Assembly: GCA_032123035.1 (NCBI GenBank) | Contig: JAQBFV010000002.1 | Span: 1 to 51,728, forward strand | DNA length: 51,728 nucleotides | Source: Betaproteobacteria bacterium | Lineage (GTDB): Bacteria > Pseudomonadota > Gammaproteobacteria > Burkholderiales > SG8-41 | Direction of reading: 5' to 3' | In this document: piece after piece, positions 1 to 9,227 of the stretch | How positions within the stretch are numbered: position 1 is the stretch's first letter | Layout: every line of letters starts with the position of its first letter | Made by a program: the position numbers and the translations under genes | The notes under the pieces: model-generated | The model's input: the letters and a program-made list of their open reading frames with translations, nothing else | Told to the model about the DNA's origin: nothing | The model's database searches: none

Positions 1-84
1 AGCATCAGCAGCCCAAGCAAGGCTTGCCCACGCTGCCTCGACCGGGGCTCCCGACGAGAGCGGCACGCGACGGTCATGTCAGCC

Positions 85-690
85 TCAACGGGAGCCAGCA
101 GTCGCGGCGCGGGCTCCCTGCGGGGCGGCGCGCTCGCGTACCTCGGAGCGCGGCCGGTCGCCGTCGCCGCGCGGCGTTGCCTTCTCCGTTTTGCTTTTCG
201 CCGTGCCGTTGTCCTTCGGTTCGTCGTTCGTCGGCTGGTTCCCACTGGCCGCTGGCCGCTGGCGGTAGCCTTCCCCGACCGAACCCGACAGGACTTCCAC
301 GCTCTGCCCGACTTTCAGATCGATGCGACGGCTCGACTGCGGCACTTCGACGGTGACGGCTCCGTCAGGCCGCACTCGATGGACGATCGCAGACCCGCCC
401 GCCGGCTGTCGGTCCTGGATCGCGCGGTCGTTGATCCAGACCGTTGTCCGCCCGTCGCTGCGTCGGACCATGCCACCATACGTGATGGTTTGTGGGACCG
501 GCTCGGCGACCTCTACGGTTGCTTCAGTCGCTTCGGTCGCGACTGTGCCCCTTGTGCGCTGGCTGCGGGCGACGTCGAGCGAAGCGCGCTGGGAAGGCGT
601 AAAGAAGAGGCGCCCCAGCGAAGAGTCCGCTGCCGCCGCTGGCGTGGCAAGGGCGACGACAATGCAGGCGAACGCAAAACGCATCATCAT
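85..690 (-). CDS. secreted accessory protein of the pilus/secretion cluster (PilP/MshK-position gene, function unassigned)
   Basis: Lies inside ORF 85..741. ATG triplets at 690/687/684 are preceded by GGAGGGAG and overlap the upstream stop (ATGA). The N-terminus MMMRFAFACIVVALATPAAAA looks like a Sec signal peptide. Co-directional with the cluster. Confidence 0.5.
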   Translation of the reverse strand: MMMRFAFACIVVALATPAAAADSSLGRLFFTPSQRASLDVARSQRTRGTVATEATEATVEVAEPVPQTITYGGMVRRSDGRTTVWINDRAIQDRQPAGGSAIVHRVRPDGAVTVEVPQSSRRIDLKVGQSVEVLSGSVGEGYRQRPAASGNQPTNDEPKDNGTAKSKTEKATPRGDGDRPRSEVRERAAPQGARAATAGSR

Positions 691-1295
691 TTTCTCCCTC
701 CGGAAGCCTTCACCTTCGCGGTTATCCATGAGACCTCGCAATCGGCCGTCACGTTCGGCTGATAGCGGATGATGCCGCCCGTGTAGATGCGGCTCATGTC
801 ACACTGGTCGAGGTTAAAGATCCCGACGTTCTGGCGCGCCAGCAGGTCGAAGAAACGGTTGATGTCCTCCTCATGCAGCAAGCGGAAACGCAGGCGCATC
901 ACTGACTCGAGCAGCTCGATCTCGCCGGGGTTAAGAGCAGCGGCATACCGATATTTCTTCCGCGCGCTGATCTGGTAGTCGACGCCAAACAGGTCTGCCT
1001 GCTGGTTGGTGAGGCGCAGCCCGTCGAGCCAGTTGATGCGCTTCTCCTCCCCGACGAATCCGACACGCTGCAGAGACCGGAAGGCATCACGGTAACGCAC
1101 GATGATGTCCTTCTCGTCGCCCGACTTCTGCAACCGTGTGCGGGCCTCAATGAGCCGTGCCTGCTGTTGCGCGAGCTGCCGTTGTGACGAAGCCTTGAGC
1201 TGCTCTGTCGAATAGACTGCCGCTGCCGCCACGAGCAATACGGCGAACAGCACGAGCAGCGGATTCTTGAGCGCCTGAAGGTCAGCCTGGTTCAT
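687..1295 (-). CDS. single-pass membrane / coiled-coil pilus assembly protein (PilO/MshJ-position gene)
   Basis: Internal ATG of ORF 687..1919 gives MNQADLQALKNPLLVLFAVLLVAAAAVYS (one TM segment), then a Gln/Arg-rich coiled-coil-like stretch. The ATGA overlaps the stop of the upstream 529-aa gene. Confidence 0.5.
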   Translation of the reverse strand: MNQADLQALKNPLLVLFAVLLVAAAAVYSTEQLKASSQRQLAQQQARLIEARTRLQKSGDEKDIIVRYRDAFRSLQRVGFVGEEKRINWLDGLRLTNQQADLFGVDYQISARKKYRYAAALNPGEIELLESVMRLRFRLLHEEDINRFFDLLARQNVGIFNLDQCDMSRIYTGGIIRYQPNVTADCEVSWITAKVKASGGRK

Positions 1296-2881
1296 ACGTT
1301 GGGCCTGAATACGACCAGCAGCTTGAATTCGGCCGTGCCAGTCTGCTCGCGGTTGTCGAGCGTGTTGCCGGAGAGCTGCAGTGTCGGGTTCACGTCGAGC
1401 GGAAGCTTGACGACCCGAACCTCGGCGACGGACGGGTCTTTCTCGATACGTTCCGCGAAACCGTTGATGATGTCGATTGCCGCGCGGTAATCGCCGCGGA
1501 ACGGGCGGAGCTCGCCCTGGATGAGACCGCTTTGCTTGCGTACGAGCGCGGACGTTGCCGGCGCCAGGGGGTTGAAGACCGGCACTGCAGGTGCCGCAGC
1601 TTCCGCAGTGCGCGTGCCCTGGTTTCCCGCCTCGATCGCGGTGGTGCCGTACTTCCACCCAAACTCCCTGATGACAATAGTCCGGCTCGGCTCGAGCGCT
1701 CGGCTCACGACCGCCATCATCGCGAGCGGGGTGCGCGTGCCCTCGCGCAGCTTTCGGGCAATTTCGACCGTCCGCTTCAGGTTCTCCGCCGACGCCGGTG
1801 CCGCGGGAAACTGGCGGGTAATCTCCAAGTATTGCGCAGAAAGCTGCGCGGTCTCGCGTGCTGCCAATTGTTCCTCGCCGCTCTGCTCCAGCGTCTTCAG
1901 CAGGTCTGCGCCGGTCCAAACGACGGCGGTGAGCGCGATCGCTGCGCTTGCCGCGTAAATTCCCCGCCGCGCCTGATAGCGCTTGTGGCCGAGCGTGACG
2001 TTGACGGGCGCCAGGTTGCTCTGCGGCGTCTTGGAACCCAGGAGCTGAAGATAGATGACGTAGGGCGACACATCGAGCAGGGATTCGGCCAGTCCCAGCC
2101 GCGTCGCCAGCTCGTGGCGGCCGAGCCGCACGCAGTCGAGGCTCGGGTTGTCGCGCGCGACTGCGGCCGTGACCTCAACGAGATCATCGCGCTGGTCGAG
2201 CAGCAGTACCGTAAGCTGCTCATCGAGCGTCATCGTGCGCAACGCGTGCAGGTAGAGCCGCGTGTTCGAGACTTCCTCGCCGACGTAGCGGGCCCGGTCG
2301 CTGCTCTTGCCGCCGTCGCTGCGCGTAAGGCGGCTCAACCGGAACTGCCGGTCGCGGAAAAACGTGAGCCGCAGCCCGCCGGTGTGCTGTCCCACGACCA
2401 GGAGATTGCTGGCCTTGAGGTCCAGCTTCTGCGGAAGCGCGGCGCTGACCATGGGCAGAAGATAGACGCCAGCGACCGGAAGGCCGCGCGCCACCAAGGC
2501 CTTCAGCCACTCATCGATGAGTTCGGGATTGGTGAGCGCCGAAAAAAGATAACGATCATCGCGGCGCTTGCTGGTGTCGCGGCCCAGCAGCCACGACGTC
2601 AGGTACGGGGTATTGCGGTAATGCTGCCGCAGCTTGCGGTTCACCATCTGGGTGCGATCGGACCCGAATGCGTGAGGCAACGTCTCGAAACGGTAGTCCT
2701 CTTCGACGGCGTCCACCATCACGGTGGCGGGCATGTAGTCGCACGACGCCAGGTATTCGCGGAAAGCGGCGAGTCCGCCCGCATCGTTGTCGAACACCTC
2801 GCATTCGCGAATAAGGTTGCCGCGCCAGCGCGCGACCGTCGCCCCTTGGGCCGAGATGCCGATCAGAAGTTTGTCAGCCAT
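1292..2881 (-). CDS. PilM/PilN-like fused pilus biogenesis protein (MshI-like), 529 aa
   Basis: ORF 1292..2881. Cytoplasmic N-terminal half, one central TM (GIYAASAAIALTAVVWTG), then a periplasmic coiled-coil part. It sits directly downstream of the platform protein gene. The assignment rests on architecture and context, not on motifs. Confidence 0.45.
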   Translation of the reverse strand: MADKLLIGISAQGATVARWRGNLIRECEVFDNDAGGLAAFREYLASCDYMPATVMVDAVEEDYRFETLPHAFGSDRTQMVNRKLRQHYRNTPYLTSWLLGRDTSKRRDDRYLFSALTNPELIDEWLKALVARGLPVAGVYLLPMVSAALPQKLDLKASNLLVVGQHTGGLRLTFFRDRQFRLSRLTRSDGGKSSDRARYVGEEVSNTRLYLHALRTMTLDEQLTVLLLDQRDDLVEVTAAVARDNPSLDCVRLGRHELATRLGLAESLLDVSPYVIYLQLLGSKTPQSNLAPVNVTLGHKRYQARRGIYAASAAIALTAVVWTGADLLKTLEQSGEEQLAARETAQLSAQYLEITRQFPAAPASAENLKRTVEIARKLREGTRTPLAMMAVVSRALEPSRTIVIREFGWKYGTTAIEAGNQGTRTAEAAAPAVPVFNPLAPATSALVRKQSGLIQGELRPFRGDYRAAIDIINGFAERIEKDPSVAEVRVVKLPLDVNPTLQLSGNTLDNREQTGTAEFKLLVVFRPNV

Positions 2882-2976
2882 TCAACTTCCGTGACGGGTG
2901 AATAAGAAACGGGAAAACCCAAAGGATGCTCCGAAAAGCCATGGGGAACCATTGCTTATTTCTCGTTTTCCGGCCA

Positions 2977-4182
2977 TTAAAACTTCATTTTGCCCAAAAT
3001 ATCATACACCGGCGAGATCGTGGACCACATGATGAGAGCAAGAAGCACGCCCAGGCCCAGGGTGAGGCTGGGCTCAAGGAGTTTGAGCCCGTTGTCCACT
3101 GCCTCGCGGACATCCCGCGTGTAGAAGTAGTTCACGTTCTTTAGCGAGACGTCGATTGCCCCGGTTGCCTCGCCGACCCTTAGCATTCGAATCACGAGCG
3201 GCGGAAAGATCCCGAGGTTCTGGAACGTCTCGGTCAGCGTCTCCCCGGCGTTGATCTGCTGGCCGGCACGCATCAGCGCATCGGCGATGACCCTGTTGCC
3301 CACGATGTCCTCGCTGGTCTTTAAGGCGTCGAGCACGGTAATTCCCGACTGGTACATCAATGCAAAGAAATTGGAGAAACGCGCAAGAATAATCTTCAGC
3401 AGGATAGGCCCGAGGACGGGCAGGCGAAGCTTCGCGTGGTCCCACAGATAAGCGATTTTCGGGTTGCTCCTGATGAGCAGCACGAGGGCGGCGGCCACAG
3501 CCACCGGCACGCCGAACAGAAACGGCCAATAGTCAATGACGGCATTGGAGGCGAATATCAGCACCCGGGTCTGAATGGGCAGTTCCATTCCCATGGTTTT
3601 GAGGAGCGAGGTGATCTGCGGAACGAGATAGATCAGGAGGAAAACCACCACCGCGAGCACGACGACCAGCACCATCGCCGGATAGATCAGCAGGCGCTTG
3701 GTCTGGGAAGCGAGCTCATCCTGCCACCTCAGCGACGCAGCCAGGTTCTCGAATACCTCGGCGAGTCGCCCGCTCTGCTCGCCGGCGCGCAGCAGGCTCG
3801 TGAACACGTTGTCGAAGACGCTCGGGTGCGCGGCGGTGCACTGGGACAGCACCCGGCCGCCTTCCATGTCCTCGGTCATGGAGGTCAGGACCTCGCGGAA
3901 CCGCGCGTTGTCGCTCGAGTCGCGCAGATCGCGCAACCCGTCCAGGAGCGGGATGCCGGAGCGGTACATCTGCTCCATGTCGAAGCAGAAGTTGATCAGA
4001 TCCTGGCGCGTGATCTTGCCGCGCCCGAAGCCGGCTGTTTCCCGCTCGACCTGCTTGTAGGTGATGAGGTCGAGTCCCATGCGCCGCAGGCGCAGTTCGA
4101 GATCGACGTCGTTGACGGCCTCAAGGCCGCCCCGGGCGGGGCGCCCGCCCCGGTCTATCGCCTTGTACTCGTAGGTAGGCAC
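2977..4182 (-). CDS. GspF/PilC-family inner-membrane platform protein (MshG-like)
   Basis: 401-aa ORF with a GTG start. Two-fold T2SSF-like organisation with three TM blocks, and the typical N-terminus MPTYEYKAIDRGGRPARGGLEAVN. Adjacent to the GspE-type ATPase gene. Confidence 0.85.
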   Translation of the reverse strand: MPTYEYKAIDRGGRPARGGLEAVNDVDLELRLRRMGLDLITYKQVERETAGFGRGKITRQDLINFCFDMEQMYRSGIPLLDGLRDLRDSSDNARFREVLTSMTEDMEGGRVLSQCTAAHPSVFDNVFTSLLRAGEQSGRLAEVFENLAASLRWQDELASQTKRLLIYPAMVLVVVLAVVVFLLIYLVPQITSLLKTMGMELPIQTRVLIFASNAVIDYWPFLFGVPVAVAAALVLLIRSNPKIAYLWDHAKLRLPVLGPILLKIILARFSNFFALMYQSGITVLDALKTSEDIVGNRVIADALMRAGQQINAGETLTETFQNLGIFPPLVIRMLRVGEATGAIDVSLKNVNYFYTRDVREAVDNGLKLLEPSLTLGLGVLLALIMWSTISPVYDILGKMKF

Positions 4183-4190
4183 CGCTTTGC

Positions 4191-4269
4191 GTGTTCAACG
4201 TTCAAGGTTCAATGTTCAATGTTCTACGCCAATACTGCAACTTTGAACCTTGAACGTTGAACCCGGAAC
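4191..4269. repeat. heptad-repeat hairpin element (GTTCAAN)n / (NTTGAAC)n
   Basis: 4193-4212 gttcaacgttcaaggttcaa is the exact reverse complement of 4243-4262. The arms have a 7-bp period. It fills the 92-bp gap between the ATPase and platform genes of the pilus operon. Confidence 0.85.
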
Positions 4270-4274
4270 GGGCA

Positions 4275-5981
4275 CTAGTCGAACCGCCCGGTAAGATCCA
4301 CGGTGCGGCGCACCTCGGCGAGGCTGGTGCTGCCGTCGATGACGCGCTGCAGCCCCTCCTCGGCAAGCGACCGGAATCCCTTGGCGAGCGCCGCGGTGCG
4401 GAGTTCCTTGGCGGTTCCCCGGCGCGCGACGAGCTCGTCCAGATCTCCGTCCATCACCAGCAGCTCCATTATGGCCATGCGGCCTTTGTAGCCCTTGTTT
4501 TCACAGTTCTTGCAGCCGACCGGGCGGTAGACGTAGGAAACTTTCTGTCCCAGCGAGCCGAAGAGCTGCCGCTCCTCCTTAGGCGGGGCATAGGCTTCTT
4601 TGCAGTGCGTGCAGAGCACGCGAACCAGCCGTTGTGCGATCACTCCAATGATGTTGCCAGCCATGATTTCCGGCGTTATGCCGATATCGAGCAGCCGGGG
4701 AAAGGTGCCCAGCGCAGAGTTCGTATGCAGCGTCGTGAACACCTGGTGGCCGGTCATCGCCGCGCGGAACGCCATCTCGGCTGTTTCCTTGTCGCGCACT
4801 TCGCCCACCAGGATGATGTCGGGATCCTGCCGCATGATCGAGCGAATCCCATCCGCGAACTCCATGCGCGCCACCTCGTTCACCGAGGTCTGTCGCATCA
4901 GTGTGAGCGGGTACTCAACCGGATCCTCCAGGGTCATAATGTTGACGGTCTCGTCGTTCACCTGTGCCAGAAGCGAGTAGAGTGTCGTCGTTTTTCCGCT
5001 GCCCGTGGGGCCGGTGACCACCAGTATGCCCTCGGGCCGCGCCAGCATCACGTCGAGCTTGGCTACGGTCTCCTTCGACAGATTCATGCGGTCCAGGCTG
5101 ATGATCGATTTTTCGCGGTCGAGCACGCGCAGCACGATGTTCTCGCCATAAATGGTGGGCTGTGCGGAGACCCGGAAATCGATCGGGCGGCCATTGAGCG
5201 TCAGCGACAACCGGCCGTCCTGGGGCGAGCGCGTCTCGGCGATGTTCATGCCGCTGACAACCTTGATGCGCACCGTGATGCCGGGCAGGTAAGTCTTGTG
5301 CAGGCTGCGCACGGTCTCGAGCACGCCGTCGATGCGGTAGCGAATGCGTAAGAAAGCATACTCCGGCTCGAAATGGATGTCCGAGGCGCTGCGTTTCACC
5401 GCGTCCACCAGCAGCGCGTTAACCAGCCGGACCATGGGCTGGGTGTACTCGTCACCACCGGCTACCTGAAGGCTCTCGTAATCGATCTCGCCGGTCTCGA
5501 TCTCCTTGAGGATGCCGTCGACCGAGAGCTCGTAGCCATAGAACTGGTCGATGTATTCACCGAGTTGGGCTTCGCTCGCGAGCTGGGTCTTGATCTCGAT
5601 TTGAGCCCCCAGCATGGCGCGCAACTGGTCCATCGCGACCACGTTGAAAATCTCGGTGGTGGCGATGGTGAGAATCTGGTCAGCAGGATCGAACGCAATC
5701 GGCAAGATCCGGTTGCGGCGCGCAAATTCCTGGGCCACCATCCTCAGCGCCTCGGGATCGGCAACCACGTGCCCGAGGTCGATCGCCTCCTGCCCAATGG
5801 TGCGCGCCATGATGTCGCGGATGGCGCTCTCGGTGACGAAACCGAGGCGCACCAGCAGGCGGCCGATGGGGATGTTGTTGTGGCGCTGCTCGGCCAGTGC
5901 GATCGAGAGCTGATCGGTGGTGATCAGCCCCTGCTGGACCAAAAGTTCGCCGAGACGGAGTTTCTTGCGCTGTTCAGCCAT
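4275..5981 (-). CDS. GspE/PulE/PilB-family secretion ATPase with N-terminal MshEN-type domain (MshE-like)
   Basis: 568 aa. Walker A is VVTGPTGSGKTTTLYS. Tetracysteine cluster CTHCKEAY...CKNCENKGYKGR. The N-terminus RLGELLVQQGLITTDQLSIALAEQ matches the MshEN c-di-GMP motif. Confidence 0.9.
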   Translation of the reverse strand: MAEQRKKLRLGELLVQQGLITTDQLSIALAEQRHNNIPIGRLLVRLGFVTESAIRDIMARTIGQEAIDLGHVVADPEALRMVAQEFARRNRILPIAFDPADQILTIATTEIFNVVAMDQLRAMLGAQIEIKTQLASEAQLGEYIDQFYGYELSVDGILKEIETGEIDYESLQVAGGDEYTQPMVRLVNALLVDAVKRSASDIHFEPEYAFLRIRYRIDGVLETVRSLHKTYLPGITVRIKVVSGMNIAETRSPQDGRLSLTLNGRPIDFRVSAQPTIYGENIVLRVLDREKSIISLDRMNLSKETVAKLDVMLARPEGILVVTGPTGSGKTTTLYSLLAQVNDETVNIMTLEDPVEYPLTLMRQTSVNEVARMEFADGIRSIMRQDPDIILVGEVRDKETAEMAFRAAMTGHQVFTTLHTNSALGTFPRLLDIGITPEIMAGNIIGVIAQRLVRVLCTHCKEAYAPPKEERQLFGSLGQKVSYVYRPVGCKNCENKGYKGRMAIMELLVMDGDLDELVARRGTAKELRTAALAKGFRSLAEEGLQRVIDGSTSLAEVRRTVDLTGRFD

Positions 5982-6009
5982 GGTGCGTGAAGCGGATGTC
6001 CACGGCTGC

Positions 6010-7227
6010 TTATTCTACCTGCGAGGCGAGTTTGCCAATGCGCTCTTGTGCCTGTGCGAGGTTGAAGTGGGTGTGCCCCTTGGCTGCAGCGAGCTCCGCC
6101 GCCTGCCGGTAGAAGCGGAGCGCAACCTTGGGCTGGCCGACGTGCTCGAGGCTGACCGCGAGGTTGTAGGCGTAATCCGGGTTCGTTGGCTCGAGATGAT
6201 GGGCCTGGAAGTAGGCGTGCTGCGCTGACGGCCACAGGGACTGGTCGGCATAAAGGTTGCCGAGCGTGAAGTAAAGGTACGGGGACGGCTCGCGCGCGAT
6301 CAGGCTTTTCAGGCGGGATTCCGCGGCGATGGGATCGGCACGGCCGAGCAGGCCGATCAGCCCGCTTTGCGCGAGCGCGTGCCGGGGATCGAGTTCCAGT
6401 ATGCGCATATAGCGCTTGGTGGCTTCCTCGCTGTCACCCTCTAGCGTTGCGATCGCGGCCAGGCCAAGCAGCGCGTCGCTGTTCCTCGGCTCGGCGCGCA
6501 GCAGCTGGTTGTAAAGGTTCTTGGCCTCGTCGAGTCGGTTTGCCTGAAGCGCAGCGTAGGCCCGAGGCAACAAGGGATTCATGGCGGGTTCGGGACTGCC
6601 GCGGCTGACCACGATCGTGTTGCGCTCCGGCGCGGTTGGCTCGGGCGCGGCTGCGCGCGGCGCCGGCCGCGGGGTTGGACGCGGAGTCGGCTGGACGACC
6701 GGCGTGGGCGCGCTCGTCGCGGTGCCGGCAACGCTGGGCGGAAGCACTGAGGCCGCAGGCAACGGAGCTGGAACGGGCGCGGCGGTTGGCGGCTGTGGTA
6801 GCTGCGTCAATGGGGGCAGCGGCCCCCTGGGCGCTACCGGTGCCTGGCGGATCAGCATGCTCGGCTGGAAAATCTGCAGCGCGACATAAACAGCGAATCC
6901 GATGGCGATCAGCACGGCAATGATGCCGAGCACGACAATCGGGTAATTGCGGAGATTGGCCCCTGCGCCAGACGACTGCGGCCGGGCTCCAGCCTGGAGC
7001 ACTGTCGCGGCCTGAGCCTGCTCCCGCGCCGCGCCAGGCGCCGGAGCCGGCTGCGCGGCCGCTGCGGGCTGGGGCGAGGCTAATGCCTCCCCAACTAGCG
7101 GCTCGAGCGACAACTCCGCATGAGCGGAAGCAGTGCTCGCATTCGCAGCTGCCGTGGCGGGCGCTTCCTGCCGCGCATCGCCACGGTCCTTGGCGGCCTT
7201 TTCCAAGGCCTTCATCAACAGGCTCAT
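6010..7227 (-). CDS. TPR-repeat protein with Pro/Ala-rich linker (MshN-position gene)
   Basis: 405 aa. N-terminal MSLLMKALEKAAKDRG, one TM (VVLGIIAVLIAIGFAVYVAL), a Pro/Ala-rich spacer and C-terminal TPR-like repeats (NLYNQLLRAEPRNSDALLGLAAI...). ATGA overlap with the secretin stop. Confidence 0.7.
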   Translation of the reverse strand: MSLLMKALEKAAKDRGDARQEAPATAAANASTASAHAELSLEPLVGEALASPQPAAAAQPAPAPGAAREQAQAATVLQAGARPQSSGAGANLRNYPIVVLGIIAVLIAIGFAVYVALQIFQPSMLIRQAPVAPRGPLPPLTQLPQPPTAAPVPAPLPAASVLPPSVAGTATSAPTPVVQPTPRPTPRPAPRAAAPEPTAPERNTIVVSRGSPEPAMNPLLPRAYAALQANRLDEAKNLYNQLLRAEPRNSDALLGLAAIATLEGDSEEATKRYMRILELDPRHALAQSGLIGLLGRADPIAAESRLKSLIAREPSPYLYFTLGNLYADQSLWPSAQHAYFQAHHLEPTNPDYAYNLAVSLEHVGQPKVALRFYRQAAELAAAKGHTHFNLAQAQERIGKLASQVE

Positions 7228-9164
7228 TGAGCCGCGCCCGCCGGTTCCGTCGATTCCTGGATTCGCTGGTTTGGCGGCCGCAGATCTTTCGGCACTTTGC
7301 TCAGATCGGGTTTGGGCTCCGGTTGCGGCAGGAAACGCTGGAAGAACTTGAGCTCGTCACTCTCGAGCGTCGGATTGGTGACGATGGTCGTCCGCAAGAA
7401 GATGATGAGCTCGGTCTTGGTGGACTCCTCCTTTTTCAGGGCGAAGGCTTCCCCGAGGTCGGGAACGTTGCCGACAAAAGGCACCTGGTCGCGGTTACTT
7501 TTCACGTCATCCTGCATCAGACCGCCAAGAACGACGGTCTGGCCATTGGCGATCTGCAGCACGGATTCCATCTCGCGGATCTGCACCTGGGGCACCGGGT
7601 TGGTGACGCCGGCTGCGGCCAGGCTCGGGTTGGGATCGTTGACAAACTTGATGACGCGCGAAATCGTGGGGCGAATCGTGAGCGAAACCCGCCCATCGTC
7701 GTTGATTTGCGGCGTCACCCCCATCACCACCCCAACGGCCACTGTCTTCGCAGTCGTGGTGAAGTTTACAAGCGAACTCGTTTGATTCTGGGTGGTGTCA
7801 GACTTAACCTCGAAGTAGACGACATTGTCCACGACCTTGAGCAGCGCGGTCTGGTTGTTGAGCGCCATCAACTTCGGGCTCGACAGGACCTTGGTGTTAC
7901 CGAACTCCTCGAGCAGCTTCACCGTGAGCTGGACTTGCCCTACGCGCACGTTGGCCTCGTTGTAGGAAAGCGCGAAGATGTTCGCAAGCTGAAGGCCACC
8001 CAGAGTAGTACCAAAGCCCGCGAGCTGGCCCAGCGTTGAGAAGGCGATGCCACCGCTTTCCGAGACGCGTGACCAGTCGACTCCCGCCTGGTAGTTACGC
8101 GAAAGCTGCACTTCGACGATGGTTGCCTCGATCAGCACCTGGCGCTGCATCGAGGTGACGATGCTGTCGATGTGCGCTTGGACCAGTTGATGCTGCTTTT
8201 CCGTGGCGTTAACCGTCACCGTTCCCGACATGGAATTCACGATAATGTCGTCCGGCAACAGCGAGGTGCGCTGCGCTCCCCCGGTTGCTGTGATGACCGA
8301 CGAGGCCAGCGTCGGCGCCCCCTGGCCGGCGCGACTGGCGGCTTCTATCTGCTTCGTGCGCAACTCCTGTTCCTGCTTGACCAGCGCGAGGCGCTCGGCC
8401 CGGGCCTGGGCATCGAGGCTCTGCAGGCGGGTCGAGTTCAGGATGGCGCGGATGTTTTCGCGCAGTTCCCCCCAGAAATCGTTGCGTGAGGTCATGGTCA
8501 CGGTCGTGCTCGACCCCCCGGCCCCACCCGGCGCGGCTGTGGCGCCAGTTCCGCCACTCGCGGCACCAATCTCACCGGAAACGCCAATCGTCGAATTGGT
8601 ATTGCGGACCATGTTCACGTAGCCGACGCGGTACGTCTTGACGTAAGACACATCGGGCGAAACGATGATCGTGTTGCCCTCCACGCGGTAACGCATGCTC
8701 ACCTGCATGGTGACACGTTCCAGTATCGCCGGCAGCGTTTCATTGACCGCATTCAAGCTCACCAGGCCGGTGATCCCGGGGTGGATATCGATGTTCTGCT
8801 TGGTGTCGCGCGCCAGGGCGAGGAGCAGATCCTTGACCTGCACTTCGTTCACCACCACGGTGTAGGTCTGCGGCTTGACCGTCGGCTTCGGCGGGGGCAC
8901 GAATGTGCTGACGCGCGCCGGGGGCGGAATGGCCCGGTCCGCCTCGGGCTTTGGTCTGGGCTTTTCGAGCCCGATGTGGCCTTTAGAAGTCGGGATATAC
9001 GGCTTGTAGGCCGAGCAGCCCGCGACCATCACGCTGACAATGAGCGGGACTATCCACCCGCGTACCGAGAATACCGGGAACAGACCCAATTTCAGCAGCG
9101 CGGTGTCACTCAGGCGTGACTTCGCAGAGCCGTGACTGCCTTCTGATTCCGCTACAGATCGCAT
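7224..9164 (-). CDS. secretin (GspD/PilQ/MshL family), probable lipoprotein
   Basis: 646 aa. Lipobox-like LIVSVMVAGCSAY. The C-terminal secretin signature is VVLGGLMQD...VPFVGNVPDLGEAFALKK. Confidence 0.85.
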   Translation of the reverse strand: MRSVAESEGSHGSAKSRLSDTALLKLGLFPVFSVRGWIVPLIVSVMVAGCSAYKPYIPTSKGHIGLEKPRPKPEADRAIPPPARVSTFVPPPKPTVKPQTYTVVVNEVQVKDLLLALARDTKQNIDIHPGITGLVSLNAVNETLPAILERVTMQVSMRYRVEGNTIIVSPDVSYVKTYRVGYVNMVRNTNSTIGVSGEIGAASGGTGATAAPGGAGGSSTTVTMTSRNDFWGELRENIRAILNSTRLQSLDAQARAERLALVKQEQELRTKQIEAASRAGQGAPTLASSVITATGGAQRTSLLPDDIIVNSMSGTVTVNATEKQHQLVQAHIDSIVTSMQRQVLIEATIVEVQLSRNYQAGVDWSRVSESGGIAFSTLGQLAGFGTTLGGLQLANIFALSYNEANVRVGQVQLTVKLLEEFGNTKVLSSPKLMALNNQTALLKVVDNVVYFEVKSDTTQNQTSSLVNFTTTAKTVAVGVVMGVTPQINDDGRVSLTIRPTISRVIKFVNDPNPSLAAAGVTNPVPQVQIREMESVLQIANGQTVVLGGLMQDDVKSNRDQVPFVGNVPDLGEAFALKKEESTKTELIIFLRTTIVTNPTLESDELKFFQRFLPQPEPKPDLSKVPKDLRPPNQRIQESTEPAGAAQ

Positions 9165-9227
9165 CGCGTTGTTTGTCCCCTGATCGAGCCATCCCTTGCT
9201 GTAAGGGGGGTCTTTGCCCGGGCGGGG

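Noticed and set aside
24-772. Three overlapping plus-strand ORFs at the left edge (24..356, 76..762, 323..772).
   Set aside because: Their composition is that of shadow frames, and they lie antisense to the signal-peptide protein 85..690, which is translationally coupled to the pilus cluster.
1532-2905. Long plus-strand ORF (457 aa) antisense to the PilM/N-like gene. Similar long antisense ORFs lie at 10413..11789, 12952..14238, 19759..20970, 24658..26058, 35372..36445, 37154..38425 and 44977..46263.
   Set aside because: All are Arg/Ala/Gly/His-rich with no recognisable motifs. Each lies opposite an ORF with clear family signatures (Walker motifs, MurA, His enzymes, TPP motif). They are typical shadow frames of high-G+C DNA.
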